NCBI GenBank assembly: GCA_965248925.1
Contig: CBDFLE010000006.1
Location: forward strand, 3,904,001-3,968,000
DNA length: 64,000 nucleotides
Reading direction: 5' to 3'
Source of the DNA: Candidatus Multivoradales bacterium
Lineage (GTDB): Bacteria > Acidobacteriota > Thermoanaerobaculia > Multivoradales > J023
How positions within the stretch are numbered: position 1 is the stretch's first letter; each line of letters starts with the position of its first letter. Below are positions 1 through 11,012 of the stretch, one piece after another. The notes under the pieces were generated by a model. That model ran no database searches and was not told where the DNA came from. It was given only the letters and a program-made list of their open reading frames with translations. The position numbers and the translations under genes are program-made.

Positions 1-2234
1 GCTTCCTGACGAAACGTAGATCCGCAGCGTCTCGTTCCATTTCTGGATCAGTGAGCAGGCGCCGCAAGTTCTCAACCTCCTGGTCTAACTGATCGAAGCA
101 CCAAGCTCCGCCAACTCCAGAGGTCAGCCGCTCTGCTAGTTGTCGATGGTCTTCCTCGAAGTGATCGATACTCAGGGCTTTGCGTAAGAACTCCTTGCTG
201 GCTTGGCGATCACCGTTGACATCAATCACCACCTGGATCAGATCGCTGGACGCCTTTTTGGCAAAGCCTTCGCGGCTTTTTCCGTGCTCTGTGCGCAGCT
301 TGCGGAAGCGCCGCAGTGCTGTTTCGGCATCCTCTTCTTTCTTTGTCGCCACCTTGTCAGTCTCTTCAAGGGTGCTGATATTTCGCTTCAAGTTAGTTGC
401 GGTTTGGAGCAAATATCGGTACTCGTCCGGGTTGGAGATACCAGCTTCAGCCAGTTCTAGGGAGACCTGCTGAAAGGCCTCGTCGCTGGCCTTTGTCGCC
501 TCCTGCCAGGCGGTCGCGTTAGCCCCATCTCGTACTTTGTGCAACTGGAGTTGGGCTTCTTCAACCGCTGAGAGCACAGCTCTCTGGAAACCTTCGACTA
601 CGTCTTGCAATTCCCGGTGGGCATCGCGAAGAGCTTTTGAGGCCTTGGCTTCCACTGAGTCGGCGCTCAGACCGAGATCGGCAACGCCCAACTCCTGCGC
701 GGCTTCTTCGACGGCCGCGACACCTGCGACGGAGTCGGCTAGAACCGATCGCCAGGTATTTTCCAGATTCCTATGGCTGCGGAATTGGTTGAGAATCTCA
801 GCGTTGCCACCCTGCTCCAGCACAGTGATTTTTTCTATCCACATCGGCCAAAGTCGCTCTTAGCGCCGGCAGTTCTTCCGCACCAGTTCGCAGGGCGCGG
901 GCCTCAGCCCTCAGCGACAGATAGCTATCGTGTTCCTGCTTACTCTTTCGCCGCCACTCCGTACCGCCGACTTCATCAGTATCGTCAATCACGGTGAGCA
1001 AGGCGCTCGGTCTGGTTGCGAGATCGAAGAGCTGTTTCTGGCTGTAGATGCGGACCGGAAAGCGTTGACGGATGTCACCTTCCTCGGCAAGCCAGTTGTC
1101 GCCGTCCTGGCGTTGGATAGACGGCTTCTGTTTCTGTTTTTCCCAGGTCAGGCGGAAGCGTTCCCCAGATTTACGGTAGGTCAGCTCAAGCACGGTCTCG
1201 GAGGTCAGCAGCCCTTCGGCATTGCGGTCGGGTGGGACTCGCAGACGTCTGTCGAACTTGGCACGGAGGGAGTCGTCACCACCTGTCGGTAGCTCTTCCC
1301 CGCGGCGCAAAGTCTTGCGGCAGAAGTCGATCAGGGTCGATTTGCCGGTACCACGGCCGCCGATAATTGCGTTGAACCAGGGATTGAAGGCTACGGTCAA
1401 GGATTTGCTACGGCCGATGTACTTAGCTTTGTCGACCGTTATGCTCTCGATGGCGAGGTCCGGGACCCGATTGGGATCGAAGCTATCGCCTTTCATTGCC
1501 GGTCGCAGAGAAGTATCACCGTCCTGGAGAGCGAGTCTGAGCCCCACGATGTCGGGCCTGGTCATTTTGATCCAGGTGAAGCGGCACCCTGCCTGGTCAA
1601 AGTCGTGGCTGTCCGAGCTGGAAATTTGGGGCAAAGACCGCCCAATCTCTGGGTGGCTGCCGTCGAGCCAAGAACCATCGAGCTGCTTGTCGGGCACCAT
1701 CTCTACCGCTAGCAGCTCCGGATGCTTCAGAACTGCGATGCGCTGCTCGCCTCTAAGCAGCAAGAGGCCATTCTCGTCGTTGGCGTGGGCACTCACCACA
1801 ACGGCACTGCTTTCTTTCCCGAGATCGAGAAGCTTCTCAATGCTGAGTGTTGAGCGCGCTTTCTGTTTGCCCCGGTGCTCGATCGGGACAGCAGTTTGGG
1901 TGAGCAGAGCGTCGACGTGCTCCTCGCCGCAACCTGGGTCGAAGAGGAAGAGCAAATGGGTTCTATCGCAGGCGGTGATCTCGACCCCAGCGAAAAGGAC
2001 CGGGGGATTTTCGACCTTCTTTGCTACTTGCTGGAGGTGATCGACAGCCTTGGCGGTGTTGTGGTCAGTGATCGCCACTGCCTGGAGACCAGCGTCACGA
2101 GCGGCCTCGGTCCAGCGCCGCCAGTCCGGTTCGGCGCGATCCGCCGGGGTCCCGAAGTCGTAAGATGCAGGAGTGTGCGCATGAAGATCGACCCGCCACC
2201 AGCGGGAACCAGGCCAGTCCCAGGGCGTGTTCAT
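1..2234 (-). CDS. PHP-domain + SMC/ABC-type ATPase (TrlF/Ppl-like); frameshifted near 830; runs off the window start
   Basis: PHP motifs DLHAHTP, AITDHN, SDSH; Walker A GGRGTGKST. Removing one A from the A6 run at 829-834 lets the frame continue (DRKITVLEQGGNAEIL...) into coiled-coil sequence. Start taken at the ATG at 2234 (MNTPWDW). Confidence 0.85.
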
Positions 2235-2401
2235 GGTCCGTTCCTCTCTTGCGCCGTGTCTATCCAGGTCGCTTTCGCGATTCGCATGGGTGTAGTTTCG
2301 CACATCCGGCCGCTGGGCGAATGAGAGCACTTCGGGAATTGTCCCGTGGTGCTCTGTCGGTGCTTTGTGGCTTAGAGCTGGTTGCTTTCCTGCCGCCTTG
2401 C

Positions 2402-4081
2402 TCAACTAGCGAAATACTCGTCGAGCAACTCGAGGGCGCGGGCGTACATGGCGATTTGGCGCCGCGGCTTGTCGTAGTGCAGGGCGGGCATGCTGGCGAA
2501 CAGCAGGGCGGTGATCAGCAGCACCTGGCGGCGGTCGAAGGTGGGGAAGAAGACCTGCTCGAAGCGTTGTCGGATCTCGCCATGCTGGGGCAAGGAGCGG
2601 ATCTCGAGCTGCACCTCTGGGCCGTCGGTCTCGACTTGGAAGAGGTCGTTGACGATCAGATCGTAGAGGCCGTAGACCGAGTGGTAGAGCTTGGCGACGT
2701 CGTAGCGCGGGTCGCCGTAGATTCCCGGCACGCCAAAGCTGCCCCGTGGGTCGATCAACTTGCAGATGCCGGCCGCCAGGTCGTAGAGGATGTTGGACAG
2801 GCACAAGTCGCCGTGCATGACGGCACCCTCGGCGCTGGCATCTAGCTCGGTGATCGCCCGCTCTAGCTGCGGCCAGAGGCTGTTCATGCTACGTACTCGG
2901 CGGCCGTTGAGGCGCACCCAGCCGTTGGCCTCGACCAGCCGCAGCAGCTCCGGCGGGCCGTTCAGCTCGGCTAGCCGGTGGCGGGTTTTCTCCAGATACA
3001 TCTGCCGTACAGCGCCAGCCGGTAGCGGTCGGCGGTCGGTCATGAAGGCTTCTTCGAGGATGTGCCGCAGGTGCTGGAAGACGCGTTCCCACAGGCCCGG
3101 ATCGAGGGACTCGAAGACGAAGGCGTCGGCCAGGTTGGGGTAACCGTAGTACTCCTGGGTCAGGTGTGGACTGTGCCAGTCGGTGGAGTAGTCCACCAGG
3201 CGAGGGAATAGCACTTGTAGCTTGGGGGGTAGCAAGCGCAGAAAGTTGATTTCGTCGATGAACTTCTCGACCTTGCGACTGCGCTTGGTTATCAGGCCGA
3301 AATGAGGGTCGACTTCTAGCTCGTTGAAGTCTCGTTTTTGCAGTAGCGCTCGGTGCGAGCTGGCATGGTGGTCGGGGTTGCCGCAGTCGAGCCAGTCGCC
3401 AGCGCGCTCGACGCGAATCGGCGAGGTGGCCGCAATGCCTTCGAGGATGGCGGCCATCTCGGTGCGTTGGTCGGCTTGGGTGGCTTGCGCGACAGCGCTA
3501 TCGGCGGCGGCGCGGAGGTGGTCGAGGTCGGGAAAATGATAGACCCCGATCAACGCTTCGAGTGCGCTATCACCCGCCGGCACCAGGCCTGGTTGCTTAT
3601 CGCGCAGGCGGTTGAGGGTGCCGTCCTCGCGGCTCTCGGCGATGCACCAGCGGTAGGATTCCTCGACCGGGCTGACCAACACCGCTGGGCGTGGGTCGGC
3701 CAGTAGCGCCGGATCTTGGAGCTGGAAGTGGGTGTCGCCGAGCACCACCAGAGCGCTGCCCTCGCCCGCTGCCGCCGCCAGCGCTTGTACCGTGTCGCCG
3801 AGCCCGCCGGTGCGTTCTGGTACCAAGAACTCGACTTCGCAGCGCGAGCCGAAGGCGCATTCGACGAAGTCCTCGACAAATAGACCGCGCCTCGCTACCG
3901 CTACCAAGAAACGGCGCAGGCCGAGAGAATGCAGGTACGAAATCGTCCAGTGGATGACCGGCCGGCCGGCCACCGGGATCATCGCCGGGCAGGAAATGTT
4001 AGCCAGGCCGAGAACTCCTTCGGGTACCGGACCGGCGGCTGGAATCAATACGGTGGTGTCGGTAAAATCAGCTTCGGACAC
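2402..4081 (-). CDS. Sugar-phosphate nucleotidyltransferase fused to an APH/choline-kinase-like domain (capsule biosynthesis)
   Basis: N-terminal LIPAAG...MIPVAGRPVI and VLGD motifs; C-terminal HGDLCLSNILY...KLIDPRG...GDPRYDVAKL kinase motifs. Confidence 0.85.
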   Translation of the reverse strand: MSEADFTDTTVLIPAAGPVPEGVLGLANISCPAMIPVAGRPVIHWTISYLHSLGLRRFLVAVARRGLFVEDFVECAFGSRCEVEFLVPERTGGLGDTVQALAAAAGEGSALVVLGDTHFQLQDPALLADPRPAVLVSPVEESYRWCIAESREDGTLNRLRDKQPGLVPAGDSALEALIGVYHFPDLDHLRAAADSAVAQATQADQRTEMAAILEGIAATSPIRVERAGDWLDCGNPDHHASSHRALLQKRDFNELEVDPHFGLITKRSRKVEKFIDEINFLRLLPPKLQVLFPRLVDYSTDWHSPHLTQEYYGYPNLADAFVFESLDPGLWERVFQHLRHILEEAFMTDRRPLPAGAVRQMYLEKTRHRLAELNGPPELLRLVEANGWVRLNGRRVRSMNSLWPQLERAITELDASAEGAVMHGDLCLSNILYDLAAGICKLIDPRGSFGVPGIYGDPRYDVAKLYHSVYGLYDLIVNDLFQVETDGPEVQLEIRSLPQHGEIRQRFEQVFFPTFDRRQVLLITALLFASMPALHYDKPRRQIAMYARALELLDEYFAS

Positions 4082-4148
4082 TGCGGCTCACTTGGTTTGG
4101 CTATACCTGTTGCGCAGATCTCCTGCGAAGGGAGCGTCCATTATATGC

Positions 4149-5716
4149 CTAGTCGCTGCCGGCCGGTTCACAGTCCCCGCCAGCCGAGCGTAGGATGACC
4201 GCGGTGGGCATTTGCCGCGTCAGGCGTAGGTCGAGGTGATGCTGAATCTCTTCCAGACTGGCCCGGTCGGCGTCGAGGGTCGCCGGAAATACCACAACTT
4301 GCCCGCAGCTCGCCTGCAGGCGAGTGGCCAGGGTGGCCATCTCTCCAGCGAAGGTCTCGTTGGGTTGGTGGCTGGTCAGGAGTCGTTTGAGGGGTAACTC
4401 TTGCACTCGACGCCCGGCGAAGTAACCAAGAACGAGATGCTCGTTGCTGACCACCAGCGTGCCTGGCGGCAGGGCGCGAACCGCCACCACTGCTTCGTTC
4501 TGCCGCCACTCCCTGGAGCCAAAGCCAAGCTCTGGCTGTCGCGCCACCACTGACCAGCTGTGGACTCCCCGCAGGGCGAAGAGCAGCACGAAAGCGACCA
4601 CTCCCCACCATTGCCAGCGGCGCAAGGGGTGGTTCACTCCGTTGCGGCGAACTAGCTCAAGCGCTGGCGCGATGGCGGTCAGAGCAAGGGTGAAGAAGGG
4701 TAGGAGAATGCGGTTATGAAGATTGGTGTCGGCGTCGACGAAGATCAGCGAGAACAAGATGAACACCAGATATCCGCCGGCCATCAGGAGCAGTGTCTGT
4801 AGGGTCTTGCGTGGTCGTGGCTGGCCGCGGGCAGCTCGCCAACTCCAAGCCAGCAGAAAGAGACCCCGGTGCTGGCCAGGGCGAAAGCAACCATGCTAGG
4901 TAGCCGTAGCCCGGCGGGCAGCAACCAATTGCCGACCACTCGCAGGCCCGAGTCTATTTGCTCAGTCGAGAGGGGGTGAAAAGTCAGGCTGCGATTGGTT
5001 ATCCCGCCTTCAAGCCGCTGGTTACGGAGCAGCCAGAGCAGCAGCGGTGCACCGCCGACCATCGCTGTCCAGCAAGCGAGGCGCCGCCGTCGTTGAGGCG
5101 CGAACAGCCAACAGGCGAGCACCAAGATGGCGACGAAAGGCAGGCCCGCATAGCGGGTGATGGTCGCCGGACCGATCAGCAATGCCGACAAAGTCAGGGC
5201 CGCCGCCGAACCACAGTCGAGGAAGCGTGAGAAAAGCACCACGCTTGAGAGCAACAGGGTGAGAAAAAGGGACTCGGTGAGCAGAATGCGGAAACCGGCC
5301 AAGACCCAAGGAGCCAGAAGAAAAGTCACCGCCACCATTGTGGCGGCGGTATTCCCGGCCCCGGTCCGCCGCGCCAGACAGAACACCAGCACCGCACAGA
5401 GAGCCAGCAGCAGAGGAGCAAGCCAGCGGTAGAACTCGGTAGCACTGCTGTCCAGCAGCGTCGCTGGCGCCAGTACAAGGGGGAAGAGAGGCGGAAAGTG
5501 GGTCATCTGGCTGCCCATTTGATGGGAACCCGGAATCTCGAAACCGCGCCCTTCGGCGACGCTCTGGGCTGCTTCCAGGTAGATCACCGAGTCGCGGCTC
5601 AAGCGAGAGCCAGGCAATAGCAAAGGAACCAACAGCAAGATACCTAGTATGCCGAGCGCGCAGCGCAGCAGAAGCGAACGGGAGATGGATATGGGAAAGC
5701 TGGGGGAAGACGGCAA
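4149..5716 (-). CDS. GT-C (PMT/ArnT-like, GT39-type) membrane glycosyltransferase, split by a frameshift near 4865
   Basis: Multi-TM protein with DSxxY, HFPPLFPL, LTESLF, TRYAG motifs. ORFs 4784-5716 and 4149-4784 join if the C4 run at ~4865-4868 is corrected. Confidence 0.75.
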
Positions 5717-5769
5717 TTGCTGAATCCTCTGAGGGAGTGGGTCCTTTCGCGGCTAACGGCGGCCGAGCC

Positions 5770-5961
5770 GAGCCACCGCCACCAGGAAACGGCGCAGGCC
5801 GAGGGAATACAAATAGGAGATCGTCCAGTGGATCACCGGCCGGCCACCGGGATCATCGCCGGGCAGGAGATGTTTGCCAGGCCGAGGACTCCTTCGGGCA
5901 CCGGGCCGGCGGCGGGGATCAAGACGGTGGTGTCGGCGATCTTGTCCTTGTCGCCGCTCAC
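5770..5961 (-). pseudogene. Truncated duplicate of the 5' end of the nucleotidyltransferase gene at 2402-4081
   Basis: Encodes DTTVLIPAAGPVPEGVLGLANISCPAMIPVAGR/PVIHWTISYLYSLGLRRFLVAVAR, nearly identical to 3895-4065, with a 4-bp deletion. Its GTG start overlaps the methyltransferase stop. Confidence 0.85.
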
Positions 5962-6875
5962 GAAATGCTCTCCTCGGAGGTCTTCTGCAGTAGGGCGGCG
6001 GCTCCGGTCGAGAGGATCTCCAACAGTTTCGAACGCTCCAATCGGGGAGCGATCTTGCGCAGCACACGTCCCAGCGGGGTCGGGAAAAGGCGGAATTTCT
6101 TGACCCGAAAACCACACTCTTGGGCCATCTGGCGAAAGCTTCGGTAGGTGATGTCGTTGAGGTCGCCGTAGCGTCGTAAATCGCGCACCCGCCGGGGATC
6201 ATCGCGCAGCCCTGGGTAGAGATCTAGCAGCTCGGGGCGCTTCGCGGCTTGGATGCGCATTGCCTCGATGATGGTCTTCTCCGAGAACAGCAGGTTGGCC
6301 CAGGGAAGTTTGAGGCCGTGTTTCAGATGCAGGCCGTACTTGCTCTTGATCGAACTGAAAATCGGTGCCACCAGCAGGCCGCCGGGCTTGAGCACTCGGT
6401 GCATTTCAGCGAGAACCGCTTGGGGCTCAGTGAAGTGTTCGAAGACGTTGTCGGCGTAGACCAAGTCGATGGAGGCATCCGCGAAGGCCAGTTCGGTGGC
6501 GTTCATTGGCAAGAAAGTTGCTGCCAGCGGGCGTCCGCTTTCCCTTTCGATTCGTCCTTTGAGTTCGTCGGCAAAGACCAAGTTGCGGCGGTTCAGATCG
6601 ATGCCGACGACCGACTTTGCGCCGAGTCCGGCCAGGTAGCAGCTGATACCGCCGTGGCCGCAGCCGACCTCCAGGATTTTCAGCCCCCACAGTGGCGGTA
6701 CACCGGTGAGGCGCAGGCCGGAACTCATCTTGCGGGTGTACTGAGCCACCGCGTAGGCCCGCTCGAACTCGTCCGAACCTGGCTCGGCACCGAGCTTCTC
6801 GGTCCGCTGGCGTACCGGGTTGGGCCAACGGGAAGCGAAGAAACTGAGGATTCTGCTGCGAATGCTATAGCTCAT
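5958..6875 (-). CDS. Class I SAM-dependent methyltransferase
   Basis: ILEVGCGHGG motif I; DLVYADNVFEH; HRVLKPGG. Confidence 0.9.
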   Translation of the reverse strand: MSYSIRSRILSFFASRWPNPVRQRTEKLGAEPGSDEFERAYAVAQYTRKMSSGLRLTGVPPLWGLKILEVGCGHGGISCYLAGLGAKSVVGIDLNRRNLVFADELKGRIERESGRPLAATFLPMNATELAFADASIDLVYADNVFEHFTEPQAVLAEMHRVLKPGGLLVAPIFSSIKSKYGLHLKHGLKLPWANLLFSEKTIIEAMRIQAAKRPELLDLYPGLRDDPRRVRDLRRYGDLNDITYRSFRQMAQECGFRVKKFRLFPTPLGRVLRKIAPRLERSKLLEILSTGAAALLQKTSEESIS

Positions 6876-8479
6876 CTGAATCGAAATCGTGGTCGGTGCG
6901 TTGGCCAGGTGGCCGCAGTTTGCTGCGAGACAGAGCCTAGCAGTTGGTGGATCTCGCCGGCCGCCCGCGCCGCAGAACGGCCGTCGAGAGGGCCATAGAC
7001 CCGCTCGGCGAACCGGTTTGCCCGTTCTTGGATTGGGGCCAATGCCGCCGCCTGGTCGAAGGTGTTCTGAATCGCTGCCCCCAGCTCCTGGATGCTCTGA
7101 ACGTGTTGGCTGGTTCGGGCGTCGATGAAATCTATGTCGTGGAGCTCATCTGCCAGATCGACGGTGACCACCGGTACCTCCATCAGCATGGCTTCGAGAG
7201 CCACCGTCGAGGCGCCGGTGATCAACAGCGGGCAGCCCTGCAACCACTCAAAGATGCTCTTGGGCAGACCTCTGGCGCCGTGGGCGATGACCCGTAGCCG
7301 GCTGGCAGACTGCTCGCTGGCAACCCGCTGGTAGCAGTCCAGCCGGTCCTTACGATGCAGTTTGACAACAAAGGTCACTTTCGCCATTTCGGCACTTAGC
7401 TGGGCCAGGCCGCGCACCAGCTGTAGGTGGTGGCGATGGGAAATGCTATGGCCCGGCCCGGAGGTCGCTACCAACACCCAAGGCTGCTCTTTGCTGAGTC
7501 CGAAGCGTCGGGCTAGCGCGGGGTGGGGAGTGGTAGTGGCTGATCGCCGCTGCCCGAGGCCGGGACAGCCGACGAGGCTTAGCCGCTTGGGCTCAACACC
7601 GAGGTGGATCAAAGTGTCGCGTGCCGCCTCGCCGTAAATCAGGAAACGCCGTACCCGATGGGCGGCATGGGTCGAGCCGGTCACGGTGCCGTGCATCAGG
7701 CTGCAAGTGGGCAGGGATCGGCTTTCCGCCACCCATGCTCCGGCACGCCCTTCTACCGTCAGATCATTGCCGACCACCAGCACTCGCGGGGCGAGATGTT
7801 GGACGATCTCGAGTGCCGCGGCCGCCGATTCGTGGGCCAGGGGCAACATCTTCAAGGCGCGGCGCACGGCGCTGAGCAAACGCTGGCGGGACATCGGGCC
7901 GGCTGGCAGCTCGACTTCGGGGTCCCGAGCCAACTGGGCCAGCTGTTGGTCGGCCAGCTGGCGGGCGGCGAGCAACTCTTCGCTCCAGGCGCCGCGGGTG
8001 AAAACGGTTTCTTCGCCTGCTCGGCGCAAGGCGGCAAAAATTGCCGGCTGGCAAGCGACAAAGAGGCAGTCCGTGCCCTGCCGCCGCAACTCGGTGGCGA
8101 CTGGTAGCAGGTTGACCAGGTGGGTGGGCTCGCGAGGCCACAGCACTACTTCGGCAGGTTGCGGGCGAGCGCTCTGCCAGCGGGCCAAGCGTTCGAGCAT
8201 CGCTCCCGGCCAGCGACGTTGGCGCAGCGCAGCCAGGCCGCGTGATATCGCGCCTTGCGGCGGCCGCGGCGCGGCAGAGCCACGGATCTCGGCTTGCAGC
8301 TCGGTGAAGATGGGGGTCAACAACAGATCCAGACCGCTGCCGCCTGCGACCTCCAGAGCCGTGGTCCAAGCCGAGTCTGCCAACCGGTGGGTGGCCTCGG
8401 TTTGCCAGGCGAAAATCTCTTGGCCGATCACTCGCTGTGCTCCGAGGAAGAGCTTTGGCGCCGCCAGCGGCGCTGCCAT
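6872..8479 (-). CDS. GT-B fold polysaccharide biosynthesis protein (sialyltransferase / CDP-glycerol transferase-like)
   Basis: MHG, VVKLHRKD and ITGASTVALEAMLMEVPVV motifs. Real start likely MAAPLAAPK at 8479, since the longer ORF overlaps wzx. Confidence 0.65.
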   Translation of the reverse strand: MAAPLAAPKLFLGAQRVIGQEIFAWQTEATHRLADSAWTTALEVAGGSGLDLLLTPIFTELQAEIRGSAAPRPPQGAISRGLAALRQRRWPGAMLERLARWQSARPQPAEVVLWPREPTHLVNLLPVATELRRQGTDCLFVACQPAIFAALRRAGEETVFTRGAWSEELLAARQLADQQLAQLARDPEVELPAGPMSRQRLLSAVRRALKMLPLAHESAAAALEIVQHLAPRVLVVGNDLTVEGRAGAWVAESRSLPTCSLMHGTVTGSTHAAHRVRRFLIYGEAARDTLIHLGVEPKRLSLVGCPGLGQRRSATTTPHPALARRFGLSKEQPWVLVATSGPGHSISHRHHLQLVRGLAQLSAEMAKVTFVVKLHRKDRLDCYQRVASEQSASRLRVIAHGARGLPKSIFEWLQGCPLLITGASTVALEAMLMEVPVVTVDLADELHDIDFIDARTSQHVQSIQELGAAIQNTFDQAAALAPIQERANRFAERVYGPLDGRSAARAAGEIHQLLGSVSQQTAATWPTHRPRFRFR

Positions 8480-9924
8480 ATCCCGGCCCCACCGGCTAGC
8501 AGGCGCTGGCGGTCGACAGCCGAAGTCCACAACGTGCCAAGCACCAGCAGCGGAAAAGCCATGGAGATCGCTCCGCCGATCGTCCAACGCTCCAGGTTGG
8601 GTAGGCTGCGGGCGCTGACGGTGGCGATCACCGCCAGGCTGGCCCAAGAGGCCACTCCGAGCAACCGCGGCCAGTCGTAGGCCACCTCGAAACGGCGTTG
8701 CGCTTGCACGTAGATGGTTACCGTCATCGCCAGCGCCGCCAGGGCGGTCGCCAAAGCGGCTCCCAGGGCGCCAAGTCTGGGCACTAGATAGAGAGTAGCG
8801 GCGATTGAAGTCACCAACCCGGCGCTGCCGACCCAGGGGATCGAACGCGCTTCGTCGCCGAGTTCGATGCCGGTGCCGAGCATTTGATAGAGCCCCTGGC
8901 AGAGGGGCACCAGGGCGGCGGCCGGCACGATCCAGGCGGCGCGGTGGTAAGCGACGGGGGTCAGCAGGCGTACTAACTCCGGACCCCAAATACTGAGGCC
9001 AACCCAAAGGCTGGAAACTACCACTAGGTAGTAAGTGACGATCGAGCGAAAGAACGCCTGGGGCGTGTCTTCCTCGCGGAAAATCTTGAATTTATAGGCC
9101 CACCAAGCCTGATTGACGGCGCCGACGACGAAACCCAAGGGCAGGGCGAAGCGTAGCGCTACACTGTAGATTCCGGCCTCGCTGAGACCCAATAGGTGGC
9201 GCACCATTAGCTCGCCGAACACCGCCACCGCGACGATTTGCAGGCGGTAGGGTACAAAGGGCAGGCCGTAGCGCAACAGCTGGCGAGTGCGGGTGATGCT
9301 CGGTCGATGGTGTAGGTAGTCGCGAGCCAAGAGCAGTTGTAGGGGCAGCAGGGCACCGTTGCCGATCAACCGGCCCCAGACTACTCCGGCAGCTCCCAGC
9401 TCGAGTCCGACCACCAAATAGATGGTGATCACCGTGCTGAGGAAGAACAGCCCGAGGTTGAGGCCGGCCACCGTCTTCGCCCGCCGATCGGCCTGCAACA
9501 CCAGCAAGGGAACTCCTCCCACTGTCGCCAACGCCGAAGACACCAGGGACAAGCGCACTAGCGGCAGGTGGCTAGAGTCGCCGATCAGCAGCTCTGCCAG
9601 GGTGGCCGCGCCGTATTCCGCAAGGAGGGTCAAGGCGGCGGTCGAAGCGAGGACCACCCACAGACCAGAGACGAAAGTATGAGCCTTCTCGTCGCCGTCT
9701 GAGTCGAGGCTGAACTGGCGGAAGACGGCACTTTTTAGGCCTAGATAGGCGATCGCCTGAAAGGTCATGCTGAGGACCCCCAGCATCGCCAGCACCCCAT
9801 ACTCTCCGGGTAGCAAGTAGCGGGTGTAGAGGGGGATCAGCAGGAAGCCAATGATCTTGCTCAGCACCGAACCGAGGCCATAGGCCAGCGAGTCGGTCAG
9901 CAACTGAACGAGTTTACGCCACAT
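8428..9924 (-). CDS. wzx: Oligosaccharide flippase
   Basis: YGLGSVLSKIIGFLLIPLYTRYLLPGEYG N-terminus, many TM helices, AGIYSVALR motif. Confidence 0.9.
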   Translation of the reverse strand: MWRKLVQLLTDSLAYGLGSVLSKIIGFLLIPLYTRYLLPGEYGVLAMLGVLSMTFQAIAYLGLKSAVFRQFSLDSDGDEKAHTFVSGLWVVLASTAALTLLAEYGAATLAELLIGDSSHLPLVRLSLVSSALATVGGVPLLVLQADRRAKTVAGLNLGLFFLSTVITIYLVVGLELGAAGVVWGRLIGNGALLPLQLLLARDYLHHRPSITRTRQLLRYGLPFVPYRLQIVAVAVFGELMVRHLLGLSEAGIYSVALRFALPLGFVVGAVNQAWWAYKFKIFREEDTPQAFFRSIVTYYLVVVSSLWVGLSIWGPELVRLLTPVAYHRAAWIVPAAALVPLCQGLYQMLGTGIELGDEARSIPWVGSAGLVTSIAATLYLVPRLGALGAALATALAALAMTVTIYVQAQRRFEVAYDWPRLLGVASWASLAVIATVSARSLPNLERWTIGGAISMAFPLLVLGTLWTSAVDRQRLLAGGAGIWQRRWRRQSSSSEHSE

Positions 9925-9943
9925 GGGGATCTCGGCCAGGCGC

Positions 9944-10999
9944 TCACCGCAGGCTTGGCAGGCGGTCGACCACCGGGTTCGACTTGCCCGCGCCGAGGGT
10001 GCGACGCAGTTTTGCGAGGAGCTTCGCGCGCAAGCGTTTGAGCAGGTCGCCGGCCGAGAGATGGCTCCACTGTTGGGCTTGCTGACCGCGTTCGAGGGTC
10101 GCTACCAGAGCGATCGGATCGAGGGCAGGGGTTGGCAGGCGGCGCACTTCACCGCGGCGCGCGAAGCCGGCGATCTGATAGCTAGGTTGCAAGATCTCGA
10201 CGATTTGACCATGGCTCGCCGGTTCTGGCGTGGCCTCGATGCGGAACGACTTGAGGCCACAGAGAGCGAACAGGCGGTGCAAAGTCTGTGGCCGGTACAG
10301 GAACGGATGATAGGGATCCATGGCGTCGTAGTACTCACCATTGACGCAGTAGACTGCCAGGATGCCGTCATCTTTGAGAAAATCTCGGGCGCCACTGATC
10401 ACTCCCACCGGGTCGACCAGAGTATCGAGTACATGGCGGAAGAGAATCACGTCATAGCGTTCTTCGTCATCGGCTGGTTGGTGGCCTACGAGGTACTCTT
10501 CCGCGGTACCAGCGATGATTGGCACATCGCCTTGACGGCAGCGCTCGACCGCTTCTGATGAGGGCTCGATGCCGTAGACCTGGCAGCCGAAATCGCGCTT
10601 CAGCCATTCCAAAGAGAAGCCGAAGGCACAGCCTACTTCGAGTACCCGATGCTGTGGACCCAGGGATAGCAGTTGCGCAAGATCACCCGCCACCTGTCGA
10701 TAGGTGCGGCGGTATTTGGGCATTCGCAACTCCAGCTGATCGCGCTCGGGATCGTCATAACCCTCGACCGAGGCAAAGCCAGAGGCATTCATGTTCTGTT
10801 GCCAATAATTGTCGCGATAGAAAATCTGGTAGCTCGCTTCGGTCGGCCTGGGGTTCATGTACTTGAGACCGCAGCGCTTGCACAGTGAATAGGAGAAACC
10901 CACTCCCAGCCACGCAATACCCTTGGCGACGTGCTGCTCTCTCGAGTCGCACAAGATGCAACGGTTGACGTCTTCGAAGTCGAAAAGTGGTTGGGGCAT
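9944..10999 (-). CDS. Class I SAM-dependent methyltransferase with N-terminal CxxC...CxxC zinc site
   Basis: CILC...CKRCGLKYMNPRP; VLEVGCAFGF; HVLDTL. Start MPQPLF at 10999. Confidence 0.85.
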   Translation of the reverse strand: MPQPLFDFEDVNRCILCDSREQHVAKGIAWLGVGFSYSLCKRCGLKYMNPRPTEASYQIFYRDNYWQQNMNASGFASVEGYDDPERDQLELRMPKYRRTYRQVAGDLAQLLSLGPQHRVLEVGCAFGFSLEWLKRDFGCQVYGIEPSSEAVERCRQGDVPIIAGTAEEYLVGHQPADDEERYDVILFRHVLDTLVDPVGVISGARDFLKDDGILAVYCVNGEYYDAMDPYHPFLYRPQTLHRLFALCGLKSFRIEATPEPASHGQIVEILQPSYQIAGFARRGEVRRLPTPALDPIALVATLERGQQAQQWSHLSAGDLLKRLRAKLLAKLRRTLGAGKSNPVVDRLPSLR

Positions 11000-11012
11000 C
11001 GCGCTGGGGACC

